Assembly: GCA_038065315.1 (NCBI GenBank)
Contig: JBBTRF010000001.1
Coordinates: 33,642-97,641, forward strand
Direction: 5' to 3'
Length of the DNA stretch: 64,000 nt
From: Patescibacteria group bacterium
GTDB lineage: Bacteria; Patescibacteriota; Minisyncoccia; Phycocordibacterales; JBBTRF01
Made by a program: the position numbers and the translations under genes. Below are positions 20,783 to 30,367 of this stretch, piece after piece. Under the pieces are notes generated by a model. It was not told the origin of the DNA. It worked only from the letters and a program-made list of their open reading frames with translations, and made no database searches. How positions within the stretch are numbered: the first letter of the stretch is position 1; each line of letters starts with the position of its first letter.

Positions 20783-22000
20783 ATGAAGAAACAATCAAAA
20801 ACCAATCAAAAGAAGCTCAAAAAGGCATCAAAAACGCCTAAAAAGGCCCCTAAGAAGGTTGTTTCCAAGAAAGCGGTCAAAGTCACGGCCAAGCCCGCTC
20901 CAAAGCTCCGTGGGGCCAAAAAGGCCCAAGATTTCGAGATTCGTACCCTTCGGCTCATGGCCAAGGGCAAGGATCGCGGTTTCGTGACCTATGACGAGAT
21001 TTTGAAGGAGTTTCCACATATCGAAGACGACATCACTTTTCTCGATGAATTGTATGGCAAGCTCAGCACTTCCGGCATCGACGTGCTCGAAGGTGGCGGC
21101 ATGCTCGATATCAAGAACGAAGATTTGATCGTCGAGAAGAAGCATAGCTACGGCGGCAAGTCGGAGTCTTCATACGACTCGATTCAAATGTATTTGAAGG
21201 AGATCGGCCAGTACCCGCTCATTCCGGCGACCGAAGAGAAAGAGCTCGCGCGACGCATCGAGAAGGGCGACATTGAAGCGAAGAATTTGCTCGCACGTGC
21301 GAACCTCCGATTGGTGGTTTCTATTGCGAAGAAGTATGTCGGCCGTTCTCCGGACCTCACTTTGCTCGACCTTATCCAGGAAGGCAACCTCGGTCTCTTC
21401 AAGGCTGTCGACAAGTTTGATTGGACCAAGGGATACAAGTTTTCAACATACGCAACCTGGTGGATCCGTCAGGCGATCACTCGTGCGCTCGCCGACCAGT
21501 CTCGTACTATCCGCGTGCCGGTGCACATGGTGGAGACGATCGCGAAATACAAGCAGGTGGTGCGACGATTGTCTCAGGACCTTGGACGTGATCCATTGCC
21601 AGAGGAGATTGCCGTAGAAATGGGACTCGATGTCGAGAAGGTGTATCAGATCGAGAAGATTGACCAGGACACTGTTTCGCTTGAAAGCCCTGTTGGTGAT
21701 GACGGTGATGAGAAGTCTGTGCTTGGCGACTTTTTGCCGGATGACAAGATCCTCTCGCCAGCCGAAGAGTCTTCACGACGTATTTTGTCCGACCAGGTGA
21801 AAGAGATTTTGAGCGATTTGTCTGAAAAGGAGCGCGAGATTTTGGAAATGCGACACGGCTTGGTGGACGGTATTACTCACACCCTCGAGGAGGTGGGCCA
21901 GAAGTTCGGCGTCACTCGCGAGCGTATCCGACAGATCGAGGCGAAGGCGCATGAGAAGATTCGACAGCACGAGAAGATCAATCAGTTGAAGAATTACTAA
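20783..22000 (+). CDS. rpoD: Primary sigma-70 factor
   Basis: [58 protein letters not shown]; follows dnaG. Confidence 0.97.
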   Translation: MKKQSKTNQKKLKKASKTPKKAPKKVVSKKAVKVTAKPAPKLRGAKKAQDFEIRTLRLMAKGKDRGFVTYDEILKEFPHIEDDITFLDELYGKLSTSGIDVLEGGGMLDIKNEDLIVEKKHSYGGKSESSYDSIQMYLKEIGQYPLIPATEEKELARRIEKGDIEAKNLLARANLRLVVSIAKKYVGRSPDLTLLDLIQEGNLGLFKAVDKFDWTKGYKFSTYATWWIRQAITRALADQSRTIRVPVHMVETIAKYKQVVRRLSQDLGRDPLPEEIAVEMGLDVEKVYQIEKIDQDTVSLESPVGDDGDEKSVLGDFLPDDKILSPAEESSRRILSDQVKEILSDLSEKEREILEMRHGLVDGITHTLEEVGQKFGVTRERIRQIEAKAHEKIRQHEKINQLKNY

Positions 22001-22002
22001 AG

Positions 22003-22112
22003 AGCAAAACAAAAACACTTTTTTGAGAACAGCATAAATCCCTGCTGGGATTTTGCTTCGCGCTCGGCCCGTCGGCCTGCGCGATGTCTCAAAAAAGTGT
22101 TTTTGTTTTGCT
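22003..22112. repeat. 26-bp perfect inverted repeat enclosing internal hairpins
   Basis: AGCAAAACAAAAACACTTTTTTGAGA (22003-22028) pairs with TCTCAAAAAAGTGTTTTTGTTTTGCT (22087-22112). Confidence 0.8.
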
Positions 22113-22162
22113 TGCATTTTTCCTTGCAATTGCCCTCTTCCGAAAATGGTATAATGGGAGGG

Positions 22163-23200
22163 ATGAAAAAGAAACTTGGACAACCAAAGGTGACCCAGAA
22201 GTCTGGTCACGCAGAATTCTTATTGTACACGGCGCCAAATGGCAAGGTGAGCGTGGAGATATTCCTGCACAATGAGACTATCTGGCTAACACAGAAGACG
22301 CTGTCGGAGATTTTTGATTGTTCCGTGGACAATGTTTCACTGCATTTAAAAAATATCTTTGATGACGGAGAACTTTTCCCCGAGGCAGTTATCGAGGAAT
22401 TCTCGATAACTGCCAGTGATGGTAAAAAGTACAAGACGAAACACTACAACCTCGACGCCATCATCGCTGTCGGCTATCGGGTGAACAGTAAAAGAGCGAC
22501 CCATTTTCGTATGTGGGCAACGAGTATACTCAAGGAGTATATGATCAAGGGGTTTGTGATGGATGATCATAGGCTCAAAAATCCAGACGCTACTTTCGGT
22601 GGCGATTATTTCGAAGATCAACTTGCTCGCATTCGAGATATTCGTTCTAGTGAACGTAGGTTCTATCAAAAGATTTCTGATATTTATGCGACTGCTATTG
22701 ATTATGATCCGAACGAAGAATGTACGAGGAAATTTTTCGCTACGGTGCAGAACAAGCTCCATTTTGCCATAAACGGAAAGACGGCCGCAGAGATTGTTCA
22801 TGAAAGGGTAGATAGCACAAAACCGCATCTTGGTTTAACCGCATGGAAACATGGTCCGACTGGTCCGATTCGGAAGATGGACGTGATTGTTGCAAAAAAC
22901 TATCTCGACCATACAGAATTGGATGGGCTCAATCGTATTGTGACAATGTATCTTGATTATGCCGAGTCGCAAGCGAAAAGAGGAGTAGCAATGCACATGA
23001 GAGATTGGGTAGAAAAACTCAACGCCTTTCTGCAGTTCAATGAAAGAGAAATATTGCTTGACAATGGCGTCGTGAGCCACAAGATCGCCGCGGCTTTAGC
23101 TGAAGAAGAATTTGAAAAATATAGGATCGTCCAAGATAGGCTGTATGAAAGCGATTTTGATAAGGAGATGAAGAAGATTTTGGATAAAAAGAAGAAATAG
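22163..23200 (+). CDS. RhuM-family (virulence protein RhuM-like) protein
   Basis: ETIWLTQK, YNLDAIIAVGYRVNSKRATHFRMWAT, RIRDIRSSERRFYQK, AKNYL. Start may be 22154 or 22163. Confidence 0.85.
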   Translation: MKKKLGQPKVTQKSGHAEFLLYTAPNGKVSVEIFLHNETIWLTQKTLSEIFDCSVDNVSLHLKNIFDDGELFPEAVIEEFSITASDGKKYKTKHYNLDAIIAVGYRVNSKRATHFRMWATSILKEYMIKGFVMDDHRLKNPDATFGGDYFEDQLARIRDIRSSERRFYQKISDIYATAIDYDPNEECTRKFFATVQNKLHFAINGKTAAEIVHERVDSTKPHLGLTAWKHGPTGPIRKMDVIVAKNYLDHTELDGLNRIVTMYLDYAESQAKRGVAMHMRDWVEKLNAFLQFNEREILLDNGVVSHKIAAALAEEEFEKYRIVQDRLYESDFDKEMKKILDKKKK

Positions 23201-23219
23201 ACGTAAATAAACACATTGC

Positions 23220-26200
23220 ATGTCAGAAGAATTATTTCATACAAAATACAAGAACCTGAACCCGGCGCAGAAGAAGGCGGTGGATACGATCGATGGGCCA
23301 GTAATGGTGATTGCGGGGCCGGGTACCGGCAAGACCACTATTTTGACGCTGCGTATCGCGAATATTTTGCGGCTCACAGATACGCCGGCGTCGGGGATTT
23401 TGGCTATTACCTTCACCGACGCCGGCGTGAAGGCGATGCGGCTCAAATTGCGCGAAGTGATCGGCACGCGCGCCGACGAGGTGCGCATCTACACCTTTCA
23501 CGGGTTTGCCGCGGCAGTCATCGCAGAGTTCCAGGAGCATTTCGTACACATCGCCCGCGCGCAGCAGATGACCGATATCGAAGCACAAGAACTCGTGCGC
23601 GGTATTTTGAAAGATAAAAAATACAAGTTGATTCGTCCACTTGGCGAGCCGGACCACTACGTGGGTGGCATTTTGAAGGCGATCAGCGATGCGAAGCGTG
23701 AGGCACTGACACCGGAGATGGTGCGGGATTTTGCGCGAAGTGAAGCGGAGCGAATCGCGGCTGACCCCGACTCGCTTTCGACTCGTGGTGCAACCAAGGG
23801 CCAACTCAAAGCCGATGCTCGAAAGCAGATCGAGAAGGCGGAAAAAACCCTATTGCTCGCCGATGTGTACGAAGCGTACGAGGCGAAAAAGCGGGCTGCC
23901 GGAAATAGTGGTGCGGCAGCGGCGCGAAAGATCGACTTCGATGACCTCATCTTTGAGTTGCTCCAGGCGATCCGCACCGACGAACTGCTCCGATCGCTGA
24001 TCCAGGAAAAATACTTGTATCTGTTGGTGGACGAGCATCAAGACACCAACGACTCGCAGAACGCGATCATCCGCGCCATTGCCGACTTTTTCGATTCGCC
24101 GAATCTCTTTGTGGTGGGCGATGAGAAGCAGGCGATCTATCGTTTCCAGGGCGCGTCGGTGCAAAATTTCCTGCAATTTCAAAATGCGTGGAAAAACATG
24201 CAGGTGATTTCGCTCGAGGAAAACTATCGTTCACACCAGCATATTTTGGACGCGAGCTTTTCCCTCATCGAAAACAACTATGCCGACGGGGAGCATCCGT
24301 TGCTGCGAGTGAAGTTGCGCGCCGGCGGTGAAGAAGCTGCGCGGCCGATCGAAGTAGTGACGGCAGGGAATTCGACGGCGGCCGACATGGCACTGGTGGA
24401 GAGGCTCAAGGAATTTGTCGCGATAAGCGCGAAAGACTGTGACGAAAAAACCGCAGCCATCATCGTGCGACGCAATCGTGATGTGGAGCGGTTGGCGACA
24501 TTGTGCGAAGCGCATGGTGTGCATGCGGCATCGGAGCGCGGGATCAATATTTTCTTGCACCCGATCGGTGCGCTCTTTTTTGATCTGATTCATTTTTTGC
24601 ATGACCCGTCGCAGACGGAGGCCTTGGCCGTGACTCTGGCTTCAGGCTTGTGGGGCATGGAATTTGCACGTGCATCTGAGATGATTCGCTTGGTGAAAAG
24701 CGGCAAGACGGCCGAAGTGCTTAGTGCGCTACCGCTCGTGGCGACCGTGCGGGAAGAAATGACCCAACGTGGCGGACTGGCGTTTTTGGTGTACGCGACA
24801 GGACAAAGCGGTCTGCTGCCGGTGATAGCAAAGAGTCCGGCCAATACAGAAGTGTGGCGGGGAATTGTTGCTTTGGCGACTGAGCTGGCAGCTCGCGATC
24901 GTGCCTATGCCGATGACCCACGCAGGCTCATCGAGGCGTTGCTTTCATATCGCGCCACTGCGGAGACGCGCAGCGTGAAGATCCTTTCCGGCACGCCCGA
25001 TGCGCCGGTGCGCATCATGACCGCGCATGGTTCGAAGGGTTTGGAATATGATGAAGTATTTTTGCCGTATGCGGTGAATGAATCGTGGCTCACGCGTCTG
25101 CGCTCGGCGTCTTTCTTACTGCCAGGCCAAGTGAAAAACGAGGGCGACGAACTCCGCGATGCCCGCCGCCTTTTCTATGTGGCACTCACGCGCGCTCGCA
25201 AGCGTGTCACTATTATTACGCCGCTCGAAGATGGCTCCGGCAAGGCTTTCACGCCATTGGGTTTTGTAGAGGAGTTGGTGGATGGGCCAGAAAGCACAAA
25301 CGTTTCTCGCACTGAGATCCCTGCGATTTCGGACGACGCTTTTGTGCTCGCAAAAACTCGCGGCAAAGAACGACGCAATGAAGAGCTTGCCGCATACGCA
25401 AAGACGATTTTGTTCGAAAAGGGTTTATCAGTGACCGCCCTCAACCACTTTTTGGAGTGTCCTCAGCAATTTTTGTACAAGAGCATCATCAAGGTGCCGG
25501 AGCCACCGTCGGCAAAGTCTGAAGGGGGGAGTGCGATGCATTTGGCGATGGATCGCGTGTGGCATTTGGTGCGGGCGAAAAATCGAGAAGAGGGCGATGG
25601 CGCGAGTGCCGTGTCCGGAGGAGTTTCGACCAAAAAAATCGAGGCTGAAATTCTCTTGGCGACCGGCGAGTATTTGGACCAGTCGCTCTTGCCGTCATTT
25701 GAAAAAGAGGCGATTCGTGAGGAGTTGAAAGAAACCGCGCCGGAAGTGGCGGTCGCACTGGCGCCACATTTTGCCTTGCGTGGCGAAGTGTTCACTGAGA
25801 CGTGGTTTGAGGCGCAAGAGGCAGGTATCCGACTGCACGGAAAAATGGATGCTGTCATCGATATGAGTGGTTCTGCTGAGGGCGATGTCGTGCGCGTCTT
25901 CGACTACAAAACGAGCCAAGCGAAAAGTGAGGCGGCGATTAAGGGCGAGACGAAATCCGACAGTAGCGGCAACTATTTCCGCCAACTTGTCTTCTATTAC
26001 ATTCTCTTGTCGGCCCAGAGCAAGTACCATGGCAAACGGATCGAGCCAGCACTCGTGTTTATCAAACCCGACGATAAGGGTCGATGTCAGACGGTGACTT
26101 TGCCAATTGGTGTGGGCGATGTCGCGCGAGTGAAAGGAGAAATTGCGAAGCTTGTGGAATCGGTTCAATCCGGCGCTCTCGTGAATGCTCGATGTGAAAG

Positions 26201-26243
26201 TGAGGACTGCGAGTGGTGCCGATTGGCGAGGATGGTTAGATAA
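23220..26243 (+). CDS. UvrD/PcrA-type SF1 helicase fused to a C-terminal PD-(D/E)XK nuclease (AddA/AdnB-like)
   Basis: AGPGTGKT, VDEHQDTN, VGDEKQAIYRFQG, HGSKGLE, RRLFYVALTRAR; nuclease GKMD...DYKT...QLVFY and terminal C..CEWC. Confidence 0.9.
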   Translation: MSEELFHTKYKNLNPAQKKAVDTIDGPVMVIAGPGTGKTTILTLRIANILRLTDTPASGILAITFTDAGVKAMRLKLREVIGTRADEVRIYTFHGFAAAVIAEFQEHFVHIARAQQMTDIEAQELVRGILKDKKYKLIRPLGEPDHYVGGILKAISDAKREALTPEMVRDFARSEAERIAADPDSLSTRGATKGQLKADARKQIEKAEKTLLLADVYEAYEAKKRAAGNSGAAAARKIDFDDLIFELLQAIRTDELLRSLIQEKYLYLLVDEHQDTNDSQNAIIRAIADFFDSPNLFVVGDEKQAIYRFQGASVQNFLQFQNAWKNMQVISLEENYRSHQHILDASFSLIENNYADGEHPLLRVKLRAGGEEAARPIEVVTAGNSTAADMALVERLKEFVAISAKDCDEKTAAIIVRRNRDVERLATLCEAHGVHAASERGINIFLHPIGALFFDLIHFLHDPSQTEALAVTLASGLWGMEFARASEMIRLVKSGKTAEVLSALPLVATVREEMTQRGGLAFLVYATGQSGLLPVIAKSPANTEVWRGIVALATELAARDRAYADDPRRLIEALLSYRATAETRSVKILSGTPDAPVRIMTAHGSKGLEYDEVFLPYAVNESWLTRLRSASFLLPGQVKNEGDELRDARRLFYVALTRARKRVTIITPLEDGSGKAFTPLGFVEELVDGPESTNVSRTEIPAISDDAFVLAKTRGKERRNEELAAYAKTILFEKGLSVTALNHFLECPQQFLYKSIIKVPEPPSAKSEGGSAMHLAMDRVWHLVRAKNREEGDGASAVSGGVSTKKIEAEILLATGEYLDQSLLPSFEKEAIREELKETAPEVAVALAPHFALRGEVFTETWFEAQEAGIRLHGKMDAVIDMSGSAEGDVVRVFDYKTSQAKSEAAIKGETKSDSSGNYFRQLVFYYILLSAQSKYHGKRIEPALVFIKPDDKGRCQTVTLPIGVGDVARVKGEIAKLVESVQSGALVNARCESEDCEWCRLARMVR

Positions 26244-27063
26244 TTGCTTCGATTAGCACCCGCATCATTTCTAGAGGTAGCGCGCCGCTGAAAGTAATTT
26301 TTGTGCCGTCGTCTGAAAAGCCCACGAGGTCAGCAGGGATGGTGCTGCCTGGAGACTGCTTCGCCACCGTTTTCACGATGTCGTTGAGCACCTGCTGTCG
26401 AGCCTTCTCGCTGAGTGGTTTTTTCAAGATGAGGATGTTGTACGGGGTGCCTTGGGCGCCGGCGATGAAGGCTTCGTCGTAGCTTTTGGAGATCGCCTCA
26501 GTATATTTACCAGAAGAGAGGCAGGAATTGAACTCTGCAACATTCAAGCCGACGCTTTTTGCCATGACAGGGAGCTGTGCCAGGTCGAGGGTATTGTTGG
26601 ATTTTGTCTTTTGGTACAACACATCGATAAATTTCCAGAAGGCGTCGTTGCCACCTTGGTCAAAAGCACATTCGGTCGCCTCTGATTCTTTGCCGGCTTT
26701 CGAGTGGAGGGCGCGACCTTGCGCATCTGGTCTGTACAAAGGCAGATGTCGATACACCCAAGCGAGCTGATTTTTCGGTCCATATTCGCTGATCAAAGTG
26801 TGCATGGTGCCGTGGAAGACCTTGCAGAATGGACACTCGGTGTCGGAATATTCGACAAGGACAATGTCGGCATTGGTCTGGCCGATGATGTGGTCTGCGG
26901 CAGAGACGGCTGGCAGGGTGACGGTCGTCGTCTGGGCTTGGGTGCCGGCGGCAGGCGCGATGGCTGGCGAAACATATCGTGAGGCAATGATGCCGCCAGC
27001 GATGATGGCTCCAGCAATAATGATGGCTAATGGGACAGTGAGTGGGGTGTTGTTTGATTGCAT
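26236..27063 (-). CDS. Membrane-anchored DsbA-family thiol-disulfide oxidoreductase
   Basis: N-terminal TM helix, EYSDTECPFC (CxxC), GTP cis-Pro loop. Confidence 0.88.
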   Translation of the reverse strand: MQSNNTPLTVPLAIIIAGAIIAGGIIASRYVSPAIAPAAGTQAQTTTVTLPAVSAADHIIGQTNADIVLVEYSDTECPFCKVFHGTMHTLISEYGPKNQLAWVYRHLPLYRPDAQGRALHSKAGKESEATECAFDQGGNDAFWKFIDVLYQKTKSNNTLDLAQLPVMAKSVGLNVAEFNSCLSSGKYTEAISKSYDEAFIAGAQGTPYNILILKKPLSEKARQQVLNDIVKTVAKQSPGSTIPADLVGFSDDGTKITFSGALPLEMMRVLIEAII

Positions 27064-27101
27064 GGCTGGGATTATACCATATGCCATGCTACGATATTCC
27101 C

Positions 27102-27845
27102 ATGATACTTATTTTCATTGCAATCGGCGCTTTCGCCGCGACGTTTCTTGGCGGCTTGTTTGCCCTGCGCTTTCGGGACACGCTGCATTTGGTGCTCGGC
27201 TTCAGCGCGGGCGCGGTGATTGGTGTGGCTTTCTTCGATCTTCTGCCGGAGGCGCTGGAACTGGCAGCACCTTTTTCCGCATCGACCGTCACCACTGCAG
27301 TTGCCATAGGCTTCGTGCTGTATATGCTCCTCGACCGATTGATCGTGCCACATGTGCATGTTGAAGATGATCATTGTGCCAATGAAGAGCACGCGCCGGC
27401 AGCGAAAGTCGCCCGCGGCTGGCTGGGGGCAGGGAGTTTGTCTTTCCACAGCTTTCTTGACGGCATCGCGATCGGCCTCGCTTTCCAAGTGTCCGCAGCC
27501 GCGGGCTTGGTGGTCGCCATCGCCGTTCTCGTCCACGATTTCTCCGATGGTATCAACACTGTAGGTCTTATTTTGAAAAACGGCGGTACCAAAGCGCAAG
27601 CGTTCAAATGGTTGGCGCTCGACGCGTCCGCGCCGGTGCTCGGTATTATTGCTGCGAGCTTTTTCACCCTCGAAAGCTCGACACTCGGCCTCGTTCTCGC
27701 GCTCTTCTGCGGCTTCTTTTTGTATATCGGCGCCAGCGACCTTCTACCGGAAAGTCACCATGCACATCCGACCAAGTGGACAACCTTCATGAGCGTCCTC
27801 GGTATTGCTGTGTTGTATGGAGCCGTGACTCTTGCAGGGATCTAG
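27102..27845 (+). CDS. ZIP-family metal transporter
   Basis: FSAGAVIGVAFFDLLPEA, His-rich loop, HSFLDG, HDFSDG, SDLLPESH. Confidence 0.88.
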   Translation: MILIFIAIGAFAATFLGGLFALRFRDTLHLVLGFSAGAVIGVAFFDLLPEALELAAPFSASTVTTAVAIGFVLYMLLDRLIVPHVHVEDDHCANEEHAPAAKVARGWLGAGSLSFHSFLDGIAIGLAFQVSAAAGLVVAIAVLVHDFSDGINTVGLILKNGGTKAQAFKWLALDASAPVLGIIAASFFTLESSTLGLVLALFCGFFLYIGASDLLPESHHAHPTKWTTFMSVLGIAVLYGAVTLAGI

Positions 27846-28417
27846 AACGGCAACGTATGGGTCATACCACTCGCTTCGAGCGAGTTCCATTTTGAGGTGT
27901 CGATTTTGATGCCTTTCACCTCTTTGCCCTCGAGATATTTTACGCCACCGTTTTTGAGCATGTATTCGTAGAGCTCCTTGGTGATCTTCACGTCTTCGAG
28001 ACAGTATTTGATCACCTTGTCCTTCTCCCCCTTGCGCCACCATTCTATAGCCTCGAGACCGTGGCCGATCTTCTTTTTGCCGAGCGATGCTTCCGCCAAT
28101 GTGTCGAGCTTGATGCGGCGGCCGAGCGCGATCTTAACCTCGGCCATGAGGTCGAGGCTTTTTATTTTTCCGAGATCGCCGGAATAATATTTGTTGAGCA
28201 GGGGAATGTCGAAATGGTCGGAATTGAAGCCGATGAGCATGTCGGCTTTTTCGATGACCGGCCAGAGTTTTTTCAAATCCTCTTCGAGATATGCGGTGTA
28301 GGTATCAGTCTCGGAATCGTACACGCCGACGACGGAAATGTGGAGCGCGGTGGGGTCATTGCTGCCGACTTCCAGGAACGTATCTTTCGTTTCAATATCA
28401 AAAATAATTTTGCGCAT
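27842..28417 (-). CDS. RNase H-like DEDD exonuclease (YprB/RNase_H_2 family)
   Basis: FDIETK, GFNSDHFDIP, YCLEDV. Confidence 0.85.
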   Translation of the reverse strand: MRKIIFDIETKDTFLEVGSNDPTALHISVVGVYDSETDTYTAYLEEDLKKLWPVIEKADMLIGFNSDHFDIPLLNKYYSGDLGKIKSLDLMAEVKIALGRRIKLDTLAEASLGKKKIGHGLEAIEWWRKGEKDKVIKYCLEDVKITKELYEYMLKNGGVKYLEGKEVKGIKIDTSKWNSLEASGMTHTLPF

Positions 28418-28564
28418 GAGGGTAATTCTAACAGGGGAGTGAGGCGAGCGATAGAATTGACATAAGGCATCATATCGTGATATGATACTTTTTGATGAAA
28501 TCGTTCTTTGACGATTGTCCTTGCTGCATTCGGTGGTTCAACAATTTCAAGCGGAAAATTCATT

Positions 28565-29179
28565 ATGACGACTGAGTTCACGACGGAGGTAATGACCCCT
28601 GATCAAGAGAAGCTACTGGTCGATGTTTTGTTGGGCATCCACGGTGGCCGCGAATTGGAAACTTTCTTTTTTGGAGATGCCGCAAAGGTGGGCAGTAGTG
28701 AACCAAAAAAACTTCCACTGCTAGAGGCCTTCTTTGAAATGTTACAGGCGCAAGAAACCAGATTTGGTTGGAATGCGTCATCGCCTGTGCCTCTTGCGAG
28801 TCGTATCCTGTTCCATTCTGTCGCCAAACACTTTGACCGCATGCGGGATAAGAAGCGGTTGAGACTCTACGTTGCTACGGGCATTAGTCTCGATTGGCAT
28901 CATCACATGGACGCAGTGTTTGCTTGCGGGCGTCGTTTCGTGGGGTTAGACATCACCACTGAGTGGCGAGTAGACAAGCTCGATCTGAAGGATGCAATAA
29001 TCGCTCGGTGCCAATTGCCGATCGTATTGATCCCGAGAAATGAGATTGCCGTTGTCGGAGGCTTCAACGCATTTAGCGAAAGGATCGCTGAAAGGATGAA
29101 GCACGAACTCTCGTTGTCGCCACCATCACCGCCCCAGAAGTGCTGGTATACGGCAAGAAGCTTGGCTGGGGCTTCCTAG
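28565..29179 (+). CDS. Hypothetical protein, paralog of 29318-29932 (possible PD-(D/E)XK-like fold)
   Basis: LRLYVATGISLDWHHHMDAVF...VGLDITTE; upstream TTGACA...TATGAT promoter and a downstream hairpin. Confidence 0.65.
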   Translation: MTTEFTTEVMTPDQEKLLVDVLLGIHGGRELETFFFGDAAKVGSSEPKKLPLLEAFFEMLQAQETRFGWNASSPVPLASRILFHSVAKHFDRMRDKKRLRLYVATGISLDWHHHMDAVFACGRRFVGLDITTEWRVDKLDLKDAIIARCQLPIVLIPRNEIAVVGGFNAFSERIAERMKHELSLSPPSPPQKCWYTARSLAGAS

Positions 29180-29317
29180 GAACCCAATCTTTCACCATGT
29201 ACCCCCCCCTGCAGCCGGACCTAGCGTCCGGCTGCTTTTCATTTTGGCGCCTTGCTTTTCGGACATAAGAGAGTACGCTTATTCCCAGCGGTAAACCAAC
29301 AAACGAAAGGGCATCAA

Positions 29318-29932
29318 ATGGCGTGTCTGGATAGTTGTTTGACAAAAGAGGTCGTGGCTGAAATGGCAAGGATTCGGAGCGGGAGGAAATTCGAACAATT
29401 CCTCCTTGGAGACAAGGCGGTTGATTTGGGCGGTCCAATCCCGGACATTCCTTTTGAGCCGGCATGGCAAGAGGTGCTACGTGTGCAAGTGTCGCGCTTT
29501 GATTGGGATACCAAAAAACCGAAGACACTTGCTGGACAGGCGCTGTTTCAGGCGGTGGCTGCGGAGCTGCCAAACGAGGCTTGGCGCAACGCGTTGGAGC
29601 TGTATGTCGCCGTCGGCCTCGCTTTTGATCGCCGACATCACGCGGACTGTGCCTTCTTGGTGAATGGCATGAAACGTGTCGGTGTTGATCTCACCGTCGA
29701 GGAGTATCCATACAAACTCGCTAAAAAACGGCGCGCTGCGGAATCTTCGCCGATCCCAATGGTGATCCTCACTCGGGCGAAGATCACCAGAGAGACGGGT
29801 TTTGCCGAATACGGCAGGGAAATCGCCGCAAAGCTTCTCCACGGAACTTTCGCACATGAGCGCCTGCTTCGGCAGATTCGCGATCATGATTTCGAAACGG
29901 TTCGCCGATCCATGGCACGCCGCCGGCGGTGA
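29318..29932 (+). CDS. Hypothetical protein, paralog of 28565-29179
   Basis: LELYVAVGLAFDRRHHADCAF...VGVDLTVE; purine-rich AAAGGG upstream; terminator near 29980-30008. Confidence 0.65.
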   Translation: MACLDSCLTKEVVAEMARIRSGRKFEQFLLGDKAVDLGGPIPDIPFEPAWQEVLRVQVSRFDWDTKKPKTLAGQALFQAVAAELPNEAWRNALELYVAVGLAFDRRHHADCAFLVNGMKRVGVDLTVEEYPYKLAKKRRAAESSPIPMVILTRAKITRETGFAEYGREIAAKLLHGTFAHERLLRQIRDHDFETVRRSMARRRR

Positions 29933-30367
29933 GCTCAGCCCGTTTCGGTGCATAGGTGCAACAGCACCTTCAATTCAAGACTGGTCTCGCAAGGGGCTGG
30001 TTTTTTGTTGCCTCAAATTGCAAAACAAGATAGAAAAGAAAAAAGCGCGCCTCCGGTGAAGGTGGCGCGCTGTTTGGATACCCGGGGATATCCGACGGGT
30101 TTTCTCTCCCGTTCGCTGCCTGTTTTTTGGAACAGACAGCTTAGCCGGTGCTGTTGGTGTACTAGCTCCAGACGCTTTCATCTACTAGCGGGAACGCTTT
30201 CGATGAGCTCTTCTGGACGTTCATAAGTCCTTTCTGTCATCCCGAAAGTGGGGTGACGGGGGATTGCTTTGTTGGGAAGAACTGCACTGACCTGTATACT
30301 ATAGCACCTATTACATAAAATGTCAATACCCTCAGCGGGTACTGACAAAATACGTTGAAAAACAAGG

